From: Podarcis vaucheri
Lineage: Eukaryota
DNA length: 64,000 nt
Assembly: GCA_965113315.1 (NCBI GenBank)
Contig: OZ220368.1
Direction: 5' to 3' (one strand)
Positions 23,936-35,993 of the stretch are shown piece after piece (position 1 is the first letter of the stretch; every line of letters starts with the position of its first letter). The translations under genes and the position numbers were made by a program. The notes below the pieces were generated by a model. It saw only the letters and a list, made by a program, of their open reading frames with translations, was not told the origin of the DNA and did not search any database.

Positions 23936-25933
23936 TTAAATTTAATCACCCTTATTGCAGCCCCTCCCCTCCTCTCCCCCAAAAATGAGGCCAATAAATA
24001 TGAGGAGCTCATTTTGTATGAAGTTGTTAGGATACTTAAAAAAATAACAATGAACCAGTTTTATAATTAGAGTTAGTAAACGGTGTAATATATACGTCTG
24101 GGCATAATTTAGAATTTGCACATAGCACTCCTCAGACTGAACACAAAAGACCTGTTCTGGCATTTCACTAAATTAGAATCCTGGATTCCCACAGCAAGAA
24201 AGTGCATATGTAGAGTTTATTAATGCTTTAAATCAAGCTATTATTCAGTGCTGCATAATGAAATCTACTATAGTCTTACATGGTGATGACAAGGAATATT
24301 CTGTATTCCGGTGCTCAATGTCCATATGCAAGTTGCTGGAGCTGAAGCTTTTTGAAGTCACAGCCATGCCCCTATGTAATAAGCCTTTCCCCTAAGTTTC
24401 CACTGTCTAGAACTGGCTGCTGTTATTCACATTCTCAGGGAAACTTGTCTATTAGGGGAGAGGAGGCGCAGCATTATAAAAACACCACTCAGGATCAGAC
24501 CTGGAGTTCTGTAGTTCACATTAAAGCCACGGGTGTTGCCTTAGTAAGACTATTACACTGACTACCAAAAAGGGACAAAAAATGGCAGGTCAGGTGGGAG
24601 AGTGAGTTTCTATAACTGGGTAACTAAAATACTGCTGATGTTTCACATGCATTAACACAAAACAAATGAACACAGCTGTAAGTAACTTGCAGGCTGACTT
24701 TCAAAGAACTCTGACAAAGCAAACCCCATTCAGAACCATGAGGCCTTTCTCACTTTGTTATTCTCACTGTCAGGATAACAAAGCAGCTTAAAAGGTAGTG
24801 AATGAAAACTGCTGATCCTGCCCTACAATGAATTTTAGATGTGGGCTATGTGATAGTGATTGCCAAGCCAGAACTGGAGCCAGCTTCTTTGTGACAGTTT
24901 TTAAAGTAGCCCTCTGACCACTGATTTCCTCTACAGAGAGAGAGGGAGCGTAATTTGTTACATTTAAATAGTTGTCCCTGCAATAGGGATTCCTTCTGTT
25001 TACAGTGGAGTTCCTTCTCTGTGAATTAGACACTACCACAGGTGGGAACAGTGAAGGCAATTTTTGGCAGTCCCCAGCACTGGGCAAAGGAATCAAGAAC
25101 AACAAAAATCATCATTCCTCACAAGTAGCCAGTTTGCAATGTTTCCACTTTAAAAGCAACCCTTTATCTACTCATTTGTAGATAAAACCTGAGAGTTAAA
25201 GGAAGGGGATGCTAACTATGAGGGTGGAAATGCAAAGGACAAGTGTTAAATACTGAATGAAAGCAATGCCTTTGTAACAAAGGAGTCAAAATAACAGTAA
25301 TATTATTAGGCAAGGACAAACAAACAAAACTGGCGAGGAAATTCTATGGAAGAGGCAGCAGAACGACAAACAAATTGAAAACATTAACCTTACAACAAGC
25401 AGAATATTCTAAGCCTGTTCAGAACTGAAATCAATTAAAGTGGAACTGTAAATTGATTTGAATTTGAACCAACAACGATGGCAGTATTTTACGGTTTCAA
25501 AGCACCTGGGTTATAACGCTGAACATTTTACAAGAACCATGTGACATATAATGGTCCTTTCAGATACACCAGAGTGACTTGTCACACAGCATGGCATGCA
25601 TGACGAGAACAGAAGGACACAAATACACATGCAGCTACTTGGCAATGAATACAGGTGCTGACCTGTCTATGTCAGCAGCGAAGGGTCACTGTACAACCAG
25701 TAACACCCTGGAGCAGGATAAAGAGAGGCTTGTAGCAGAGCAATGAAGGCAAAGATGATGGAGGTGTGGTGTCCACTTTCTTATTGTTACAAAGGAAGAC
25801 AGAAGATCAGCTGAAGCCGTGAGCCACAAAAGCTGTCTGTCTGCAAGATGCAGCATAGTGAAGCTACACAGGTCTTGCTTATGGGATCCAGGGGGAGGGT
25901 TGGGTGTAAGAAGAATGGGTTGCAGGTCTAGAC

Positions 25934-26578
25934 CAGTGTTTCCCAACCGGTGTTCCGCGGCACACGAGTGTGCCGTGAGACGTTGCCTCGTGTGCCGCGA
26001 GATGCCTGGAGGGAGGCGGGCGAGTCGGGCGGCGAGAGGCGGGGCGGCGGCGGCGAGGAGAGGCCGCGCCTCCTGCTGCTGCCTGGCGCTCCTCCTCGCA
26101 GCCGGCAGCGCTGCCTGGGCGCCTCCGCGCGACTCTGCCTCGCTGGGTCTGGTCTCCCAGCAGAGACGGGTCACACGCGCCCCTCACTCCCTCCCTCCCT
26201 CAGCCTGCGCGGAGGGAGAGCCAGAGAGAGGCATCACTCCTGCGCGGCGGGAGAGGGAGCAGCCGGAGCGATGCCCCAAACGAAGGCATGGGACCGGAGG
26301 GGAAATCCTCTCCGAGGAGGATTGAGCGCAGCTGAGAGAAGCCTTTCGAGGAGCTGCCGTGTCCCCTGGAAACCCCCTTCCCAGCTCTGCCTGCCTGCCT
26401 GCCCAAAGCTTGGAGGTTCCCCGGCAAGGGGGAGGGAAAAAACTTTCACTTTTGTGCGTCCCTCCCGGCGTGACGCTGCGCGCTGACGTCACGGGGCGGG
26501 GCTTTAATGGTGGTGTGCCGCGAGATTTTTTTTCAGTACACAGGTGTGCCGTTGCCCAAAAACGTTTGGGAAACACTG
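25934..26578. mobile_element. Young non-autonomous hAT (Charlie-like) element with GC/CpG-rich interior
   Basis: TIRs cagtgtttcccaa / ttgggaaacactg. Perfect 8-bp TSD gtctagac (25926-25933, 26579-26586). Subterminal gtgtgccg repeats at both ends. Confidence 0.93.
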
Positions 26579-26904
26579 GTCTAGACAATGCAAACAGCTG
26601 GTACAAGGGTCTTCTCTCTGATCATTAGCAATGTCACATTGTGGCGGAACAGAAACAGCAGCTAAGATACACCTGGGTAGCAGTCAGAGTGCACCTGCAG
26701 CAATTTCTTAACATCACCTTATAATGTCGACCCAGCGGAAATGTACCTGCATGCACTGGGACTTCTAAAAAACAGTTCCCACACACCACGCTAGATGACA
26801 TAGAGGTATTAAAAATGCAGTTAGTTATTTAAACATTTCCACGCTGGCTCTTTAACACCTCAGGGTGCCTTAAGCATTTCAATATCCAGTGAAGTGTCTA
26901 CGGC

Positions 26905-27005
26905 AGCCTGATACTCACCAAACAGTTTTGGTCTACAACTCCCAACATGGTGGTGCTGGCTGCGGCCAATGGAAACTGCAGTCGAAAACATCTGGCAAAG
27001 GCTGC
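26905..27005. mobile_element. Decayed short hAT hairpin MITE
   Basis: gttttggtctacaactccca..ggaaactgcagtcgaaaacatctgg, the same family as 18580 and 63385. Confidence 0.55.
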
Positions 27006-28234
27006 TTTACAGTGTATAATATTAAAGGTGCCATCTGTTGCATTGTCCTTTGCAAGAGTTGCCATTGCACTGCAAAACTCCTAGCTGATATTTGGTTTGA
27101 GGGAGTCTGTTTTTACAGGATGCAGGAGATGGGGTGGGGGCAGCTTTTAAATGATTCGCTGTTCAATAAACCTAAGCTCTAATAAGATACTAAAATAGAT
27201 CTAACATTTTATATGTCAGCTCTTATTACTCTGTTTTCTGCAACTTCGCCATGTGTCAATATACTTTGCCTCAAAAAGACTTTTGGATTTATTTTTAAAA
27301 ATGCACACATTTGGTCAAGAGTTCAGTCAATGTTTCTTGACCTGAAACAGCTATTTTTGTCTTCAGATTTTCTAAGCAGCAAAACTACACAGCATATGAT
27401 TAGCACTGTACATGTTTATTCTAGGTTTACAGCTAGCTATGCCATAACATTCCAAGAGCAGACCACAGTGACCTCTGTAGTATATGATAAAAAGACCAAA
27501 ACTAACATTGTGAAAACGAAATCCGGAATGTTACATTTAAGCTTTCCCACAGAATTATCTGGACACACATAGGGTCTGACTGGTTGACGAATATAAGGCT
27601 TGTGGCCAAGAGGCCCCAATTCTGCTCCTACTCTTTAAAACTGAAATAGTATGAACACAGATTAATGCCCATGTGCTAATTCTCACACAATATGATCTCA
27701 GATGTTTCTATTTGCAAGTAATTTTGTTCAGGACACTTTATTTCCAAAAATATGTAGTACAAGCTGGCAGCCATACGAACATTCTTAGTAGTTGTGAAAA
27801 GCAGATTTTTAAAGAAAGTTTAAAAATTATGCGCTACAAAGGAGGAATTTACACATCTCCACTATGATGTGTGTTACATTTCCAAATGCATGTGCAACCT
27901 GTGCTCTTCCTGTGGGGAGAAAGGTGCAAGTTCTTCCTCCATAGATTGCACATCCGCTTTTGCAGATTATCATAAATTTTGCTTATTTAAAACACTGCTA
28001 CCCTTATCTGAACACACTGCCAGCTTTCAAGAACCGTCATAAAACATGCAACAAAAGTATAAAAAAGAAAATAACCAAACAATAAAAAGAAAAGTAGCAC
28101 AAATATTAAAAATAACACTTTTTTTGTCTTATAAACGGGGGTGGAGGGTAAGCTCTGTTTCAAAGCTTATCTGATGAGCTTCCTGAATCAGTTCTCTCCA
28201 TGGAAATGAACTGGAGAAGCAATTAACCTTATGT

Positions 28235-28278
28235 GGACATTCTGTACATAGCTAAGGACATTCTGTACATGGCTAAGG
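28235..28278. repeat. Tandem duplication, 21 bp
   Basis: ggacattctgtacat(a/g)gctaa twice. Confidence 0.9.
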
Positions 28279-29174
28279 TGTCCTAATGTACATCTCCAAC
28301 TAAGGAGAGAGTCTTCACACATATATAATCTCTTTTATTTCCAAAATTATATTTTTAACCATCTATGAGCCAATATTTCTGCAACAACAGGTTTATTTTT
28401 CGTCTTGTTTCATTTTTGGAACTGGAGACAAGCTACTGTGCTGGTCACATTTCTAAATACTTTCAGCTAAACAGGCCCATTTAACTATGCAAATACACTG
28501 GCAAATGTTCTGTTCAGCTCTAAAAATTTATTCATCTTGCAACGATCAATAATGGTCTTGGCAATGAGTTTCCATTCCTTCCAACATCGAACCAGTGTGC
28601 ATCTTAATTACTTTTGTGCACATAAACCACCAATTGTCTAGAGTCCAGACTTTGCCCAAGTATTTTTGTTACATATTTTGCAGTTTGAGGTCCATTAAAT
28701 TAGCCACAGTTATGAACAAACCATTTTTCTTTCTTTCCAGCTGTACTGGGGTGGGGCCAATTAAAATAGGGTAGAATATGCTGTTGAAGGGCAACAGAAG
28801 CAACTTTGTCCTTCTACCAAAGACCAAGGCATTCATTATTCAAGTTTATTGTGAAACACTATTCAACAAGGTAATTAATTTTTAAGAACACAGAAAATAG
28901 AAAATGTTGCAAAACAATTAAAACATAGCAAGACCCGCCAGAAAAGTTTAGAAATCTGTAGTTTTTAAAGAAAACTATACCGTATTTCTAGTTCTAGAAG
29001 TTAACTTCCCAGAGGCCTTCAACACAACTATTTTTTCAGTGCAGTGCAGTTAATAATGGAATGATCTTCCCTCAAACTGTTGGCTTCCATGTGTTTTGGA
29101 CCACAACTCCCATCAGCCCCAGTCACCATGGCAAATTGATGGGTGATGGCTGAAAAAGGTTGCTATGTATGGTA

Positions 29175-29536
29175 AAGGTAAAAGACCCCTGGCAGTTAAG
29201 TCCAGTCACGAATGGCTCTGGGGTTGCGGCACTCACCTCACTTTACTGGCCAAGGGAGCTGACGTTTGTCTGCAGACAGTTTTTCCGGGTCATGTGGCCA
29301 GCATGCCTAAGCCGCTTCTGGTGAAACCAGAGCAGCGCACGGAAACACAGTTTACCTTCCCGCTGGAGCGGTCCATATTTATCTACTTGCACTTTGACGT
29401 GCTTTCAAACTTCTAGGTTGGCAGGAGCTGGGACCTTACAATGGGAGCTCACCCCGTAGCAGGGATTTGAACCGCAGACCTTCTGATCGGCAAGCCCTAG
29501 GCTCAGTGGTTTAGACCACAGCGCCACCCGTTTACC
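29175..29536 (-). mobile_element. Sauria SINE (Squam1)
   Basis: Full body and (ACCTTT) tail. 14-bp TSD tgctatgtatggta (29161-29174, 29537-29550). Confidence 0.94.
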
Positions 29537-30081
29537 TGCTATGTATGGTACTCTTCCTTATTCTGCAAAGCTGTTCCAATGGTAAAGAAAACAGCTCCCT
29601 ATACACATTCAACATGGCTTAATCACCAAAGGGTGATAAGCCCTTACTAAGATTAAATACCAGTTTAAACATTACCTCAATGGCTGTTGCCAGAAATCAG
29701 TTCCATGGAATAAGTCCAAATGGCAGTACTAACAATTGTATTTGCTTCCCACATTGAATTGGTTTCCCCTTTTGGCCTGATTATGCAATAAGAATCTGCA
29801 CCAATAGTACATTACTGCTGCCACACAGCCCTGAAAGCAGTAAATTAATCTTGGCAGCAGCTACACTACCGAACTGAATCAGCCTAAAGTAAGAAAATGA
29901 CTTCACAATCCATGAGTGCCCAGTTACTGCCAGTGATAATCTGACTGCAGCTTCAAGATCTCCAAGTACCATATATAACCAATGGGGGGGGGAAATAACA
30001 CCCTGGGCTCCTTTGGGAGAGAAATTTGATGAAGTATAAATAAACAAACACCAAAGATAATACTAGTATTTCACCTTACAT

Positions 30082-30380
30082 CAGTGGGTGGAAGGTAGAT
30101 CTTGATCTACTGGTACATTAATGGGTGATTTGCTGCAAATTTGCAAGGGTCCAATTGTTTTAACACTAGACATAATAAAATGTCCCCGCTCCTCCCATTT
30201 ATTTTGGCTGGGGATGGGAACCAGGTAGAAAGGGCTGTGAGTTCACCTTTGGTACTGAAGATAAATTCTTAGGGCTGGGTGTGCTAATATTTAAAGTGTG
30301 CCTGTCCTTCCCCTATCTCTGAATCTCTGGGTTCTATGAAAAGAAAGGAGATCCACTAGCTTGAAGTCTGCTCATCCCTG
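30082..30380. mobile_element. Decayed hAT-like element
   Basis: Ends cagtgggtggaaggtagatcttgatctactgg and gatccactagcttgaagtctgctcatccctg resemble degenerate CAGGG-type TIRs. Confidence 0.4.
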
Positions 30381-33300
30381 ATACACAGTGTTCCTACGCA
30401 TACAGGTAAACAAACACACCTAGGTATTTACATGATATACAGTCATGATTACTAGTTTTAACACCCACACCTAGAAGTTTCAGTTCACACACATTAAAGA
30501 TGCTTGACATCCACCCTAAATGTTATTTCTTGTGGTTCAAGCAGCAGATGACCATCACTAACAGCAAACATATTTATAGAAGTAATACAGAAATAACCTA
30601 TATGATATTCAGTCTACCACCATCTATACAACTGCCACTCCTGAGGTCAGATAACCGCCCACTGAAGTGAAGGAAAAACAGGGATTATTGTGCATCTTTA
30701 GGTAGACTTCCTGCCAGTTTGTCTCAACCAACTTGGCACTGCAATTCTATTTTTGGGAATCTTTGCAAATATAGGCTACCGGTGTTATTAATTCTGATCA
30801 CGAGCGTTGGCATGACTAGCACAACAACCGTTATTAGCAGGGGCGTGGGAGCGCGCAGCAGTCATTAACATAGGATAGTGTTTCCGTACGGAAACTTCTC
30901 ACATATCAATAGTAGCATGAAACAGCACTACTGCAAAGAATGCATCCTTAAGAAACAGCAAGAATACTATTGATGTTATTCCCAGATGAGATATTAATTT
31001 CAAGACCCTCAGGAGCTGCTACTAAATTAGAGAGAAGAAAGCAAAACTATTCCAACACCCTGATGCCAAGAACCATTCCATGTGCAAAGGAATTCTGCCG
31101 TGTGCATCACAGCACACATAGGTCCCTGGATTGAGATAACCATTTATTCCTACCTGATTACTTTCAAGAACATGCGTAAGAAATTTCAACACAACCAAAA
31201 TGGGGGAGGAGGAGATACTATGGGCATTCTATTATCTTACTAGAAGAAACCAACTGTAAACTGATGTCCAGAATTGCTGCACTGTATTGCAGTTGTGTTG
31301 TATTATTGTTTGTAAAATGCTTACTGAAATTTTACTGTAGAACTAGGTAAACAAACTCTGGATCTCGGACATTATCTTTTCTTATGACTGTGTCCACACA
31401 ATAGATTTGATAGGGAGGATACTTGATGCATTTGGTATTTGTGTTTTATTTCCAATGCCTCTATTTTTTGTCATGTAGGATGTAGTTTCTTTAGGACTGT
31501 GCAAAGATTCTTATTTAATGTTACAGTTTATAACAGCTTGATCTGGGAATGGACCTACTGTTAGTGGCATTTCAAGAAAATTTTAACTACCAAGCTGTGC
31601 CTCCCTCTCTCACTCAAAGCAAACATTTTTAATGGTGAAAAGCAAATAGCAACAAACTCAGCCAAACTGAATGAAAACCACAACAGGGGCAAACAGAAAG
31701 GGAAAAAAAAGCAAAGTCATTTGCCACCCATTTCCAAATGCTAACACTTTTATTGCCTTTGGGCAAATAAAAGCAATCTGAAAAGGTAAAACATATTTTT
31801 CAACCTCTCTGTTCTTTGAAATGCCTTCATTAAAATTGAAACTTTTGACTTTTTGGCTGGATTATATTTTTAAAGGACAAGCTTTAAATTGATGCCAGTA
31901 TCTTTATTTAGTATTGTATTCCATGAAATGGCTGTTGCAGGCATGAAACTTTTCCTAATGCTGAACACTGTAGTTTCAGCCTCTATTATTAACAATACCA
32001 GCAGAGTTATCCTAAATTTGCCTTGAAAGGAAGTCCTATTGAGTTCAACTGGGCTTAATCCTAGGATATAGGATTGCAGCCGATAACTAAATTATATATT
32101 TGCTGTGCTAGAAACAAAAGCAGAAACACCACCCTGGTTTATTCTATGCATATAAGGAGACACCAGTGTTTTCCAAAACATGGTATAATAATTAAACAAA
32201 ATATAGGCAAATACACATATGTTTTTCATTAAAAATTTCAGAACAGGATAATATCATGTGCTTTAAAAATGATTGGTTAAAATCATTATCATTTTTTTTA
32301 AAGGCAGTAACAGTTACACCACTCCTTCGATTGCTAACTAAATGGAGTTAGGTGTTACAAATCAATAACCACACAAACAAATGAAATGCAATTTCAGAAA
32401 TAACTAATGATTTTGCTCATGTGTTTTGCAGTCCTAAACACATCTTTTTTCTAGAAAGCAACTTTTTGCTGCAATTGAATAATGGGACAAACAATACTTT
32501 TAAGAATTTAAAACCACTCATATCATTTGTGTCCAAGAAGATACAGAAGTCGTTGAGAAAAGAACTAACCAACTTTGTGAAATAATAATAATAATCTTAA
32601 AATTCAAACAATATTGGAATTTTCAGCTGAAGGAACATTTTAATTAAAATGAAGCAAATATCTGCACTAGAAATATCAAATCTCCCCCCCCCCAAAAAAA
32701 CCCTTCTACTGGTATAAAACAAAACAAATTTATGAACTCTCCATTATTTAATTATTGTCAAACTAATTGTGAAAACACTTGCAAAATTAACCCATTTCTC
32801 CTTGAGTTCCATCAGTGACACAATCACTTCTGACTGTCAGTCCACTGCCACTCTCCCCTTCTCACCCCAATGGCTATCACTGCATATTGTAAAGCCAGGA
32901 CTTTTAACTCCTAGAAATACAGATGGTGTTCCTTCCAGCCAAATACAAGAAAATGACACTCATTTTGAATGCCATGAGAAGTGAGGAAAACATGATGTGA
33001 GTAAGACATTGTGTCAGCAATTATACCCAAACCAAAACACTAAGCAAAGAGAGGCAGAAAACAAAGCCACAAAAAAAAAACAGAATAAAAATGCTAATCA
33101 GATAAAATGTAAAGCATTAATTGTCATTTTGTTAATCTACAAATCATTTCATAACCCGCTATGAGGCACCCCATTGCTATCCTGACTCCAAGTATCACGG
33201 TTTTGACATAGTACATTCAGGGGGAAAATGTTGTTAACAAAATACCTTGCTGTGTAGCAGAGAGATTTGTATTCTGTGCAGCTGACAGGTTAAAATGAAA

Positions 33301-33399
33301 AATTTCCATCCACAGGTATATTTCAAAGGCTCCACTGCTTTGATGTACTCTGTGCAGCAGGTTTTTCCATTCCTCAACCAATAGCTCCTGGTCACTTAC

Positions 33400-33615
33400 A
33401 TTCCATTTGCCAAATAGTAAAGTGTTTATTAGTCATAACCACACAGCTCTTCCAAAGGTAGAGAAGAAACTCCCAAACAAACAAAAAGATCACTCCTCTA
33501 TACACGAATGCTTTCCCACAGTGACTCGCAAGTAGGGCATCATCATTTAAAACGAGCCGGGCCAGCGAAACGGACCACAGCGCAGACTCACAACTCACAC
33601 AGACAGATTTATGAT
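33400..33615 (-). promoter_or_regulatory. Candidate internal promoter / alternative non-coding first exon
   Basis: Local CpG retention (33525-33585), a CATAAAT TATA-like motif on the minus strand at ~33607-33613 and a consensus donor GAAT|GTAAGT (GT at 33399-33398). Confidence 0.4.
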
Positions 33616-35298
33616 CCCTCCAAAGAGGAGACTGCTAATTAAAAAAAAAAAAAATCCAGCTCAGTTGTTGCAAAGCACACAAAACCCAAATGCAACTGAG
33701 CTAAACATCTCAGGTTGTTTATTCTCAATGAACCACATACACAACAACAGCAGATAACAGCCTGTACGTTTTCATAAAGTGTGACACAGTCTTCCTCTTA
33801 TACTTCAATTGTAAAATAAAAATAAAAATTGTACCAGGAAGGAAGATTCACTGAGTTCAAAAGAACACTTTGGATCTAAGCAAAAGATGTGTATTAAAAA
33901 GTGAAGCAGGAGATAAAGGACTGGAAAATGTCAGAAGATTACCTCTTGCTACCTTTAACATAGTATTGCATTTATTCGTCTAAACCTGCATTTTACAGAG
34001 GTTTTATCCCCCCCCCCCGGCCTTCTGTTACTGAATTTCAATTGGAATCCTGCTCATCAATTCTCCTATTTAATTATACATTTCCTTATACTCCCTTAGA
34101 TGTTAGTAACAGCATAGCATTATCTTTTACTAGGGATACTTGCATGGCACTGAGTCCCACTGAGCATACTGTGGCTTACTTCAGAGTAAACATGCATATA
34201 TCATCAGGTTGCACAGATTATAAGCCACGAGTCCAGGCAAGCATCACAAAATGTCCTTTTATTTTTCAGAGATGTAGACATTAAATGTAAGTTCTCAAAC
34301 CCAATCATGTATATTTCAGTGGTCAATATTATACAGAGCATAATGGTGCATATAAAATGTGAGGACTAATTCTTATTACATACAACGATTCTGGATTCCT
34401 AATCTCTCTAATAAAATTGTGTATCTATAGGTGATATACCAGTTACTGACAACTCATGGAAAAGGTAGCAGCTGACAATTTAAATGTTTTCGAAGCATAA
34501 AGACTTTGGCCATTGCAAACTTCAAATAGATGTGATTATATGCTTACTAGAAGCCAGCCTGTAGCATGAAGTAGCAAAACTTTTAAACAAACATTTTCGA
34601 AAGATTGCAACTTTTAATCAAATTTGTTTATACTTCCAGTTCTGCATTCAACTATCCATTTGTCATGGCACATCATACAAATCTGTCTGAAAAAAGGATA
34701 CATGAGCAAGTCTATTTCCTCCTCCTTTGCAGCCAAGAGATCAGAAGCACCCCACTGCCTCTTTTAAACTAACCAGAGTTTACTATATGCAAGCTGTGGA
34801 AACCCTGCTTTAAAGTATAATTTGTTAATAAGTCAGGATGAAAAGATATATACGGAATATGTTTGGGGTTTCAGCAAACCAGTTTAAATGAATAGTACCC
34901 CAACCCCACCCCAAATTTGGGCTAGCTGAAGTGCTTCTAATCTTCCCTTTGCATCCACATTGAAGGAGAGGGAAAAGGGACACACAAGTCCAAGCAGACT
35001 TGCTTATGCATGGTTTTGGCATGACATCAAACACAGGCCAGTGATTTTAATTTGCCACACTGCGCTGCTGCATATCCTGTCCCTTGACACTGCAATATCA
35101 GTGCTACTTCTCAGGATTCTGCCACATGAAAGTCAGAGAGGAGGCAGATTATCAAAGCACATGTGTTTCTGCATGTTCCACAATAAAATATAAATAGTTA
35201 TTCTGTTCTCCCATATTGGATATTCCTAAAGAATGCTCACCCTAAAAAAGGGGGGGGTGGTTCTCCACGCAACTATGTTAATGCATGTCTCACATTGG

Positions 35299-35302
<4 letters not shown>

Positions 35303-35336
<34 letters not shown>
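35303..35336. repeat. (GT)n microsatellite
   Basis: Direct reading. Confidence 0.95.
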
Positions 35337-35337
<1 letters not shown>

Positions 35338-35674
35338 CAATTTTCCAGACCTTTTCAAATTCTAACACCATTTAACTATTGTTATATTCATCTCTGGTCA
35401 GTCTGTTTTTTCACAGTAGTTGGGTTAAGATGCGGTTTTAACCTAAAATGTTGTCTGGGGCTCTCTCCTGTGATTATTTACATTACTGTGCCTGGAATAT
35501 TGCTACTTAACTAAGACCATGTCATTTTAAAAATTTTATTCTTTAATTGGATTTTTGTGCCACTACACTGTATAGTGATTGATGGCATTGTATGTTTCTT
35601 TAAACTGTTCTAATTATCTGTCACCCAGATAATTTATGTAGAATACGACTAGTAAAGAATTTATTTTATATATA

Positions 35675-35993
35675 CCGTATTGGCCTGAATATAAGCCTCA
35701 CTTTTTTCCCAAATTCTGACCGAGCAGCTTATATTCACGACCTTACGGTATGCAGCCAGAAGCGCCCACCCCGTGCACAGTCCCCCATCCTCTCCCCCAA
35801 GGCCGGGAAGGGAAAGAGCAAGGAAGGCGAAAGGCCACTGGCAACACAGTGCAGCTCCCCCCCCCCCCAGTATGCAGCCAGCAGCAGTGGGGAATGGAGC
35901 GGCTTATATTTAGGTATTTTTTCTTTCCCACCCCCCTCCAATTTTAAAGGTGCAGCTTATATTCAGGCGCTGTTTATATTCAGGCCAATACAG
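35675..35993. mobile_element. Tc1/mariner MITE
   Basis: TIRs ccgtattggcctgaatataa / ttatattcaggccaatacag flanked by TA. Repeated gcttatatt motifs. Confidence 0.88.

Noticed and set aside
25686-26628. 100-178 aa ORFs on both strands
   Set aside because: They lie in the GC-rich interior of a hAT MITE and show no transposase or other recognisable motifs.
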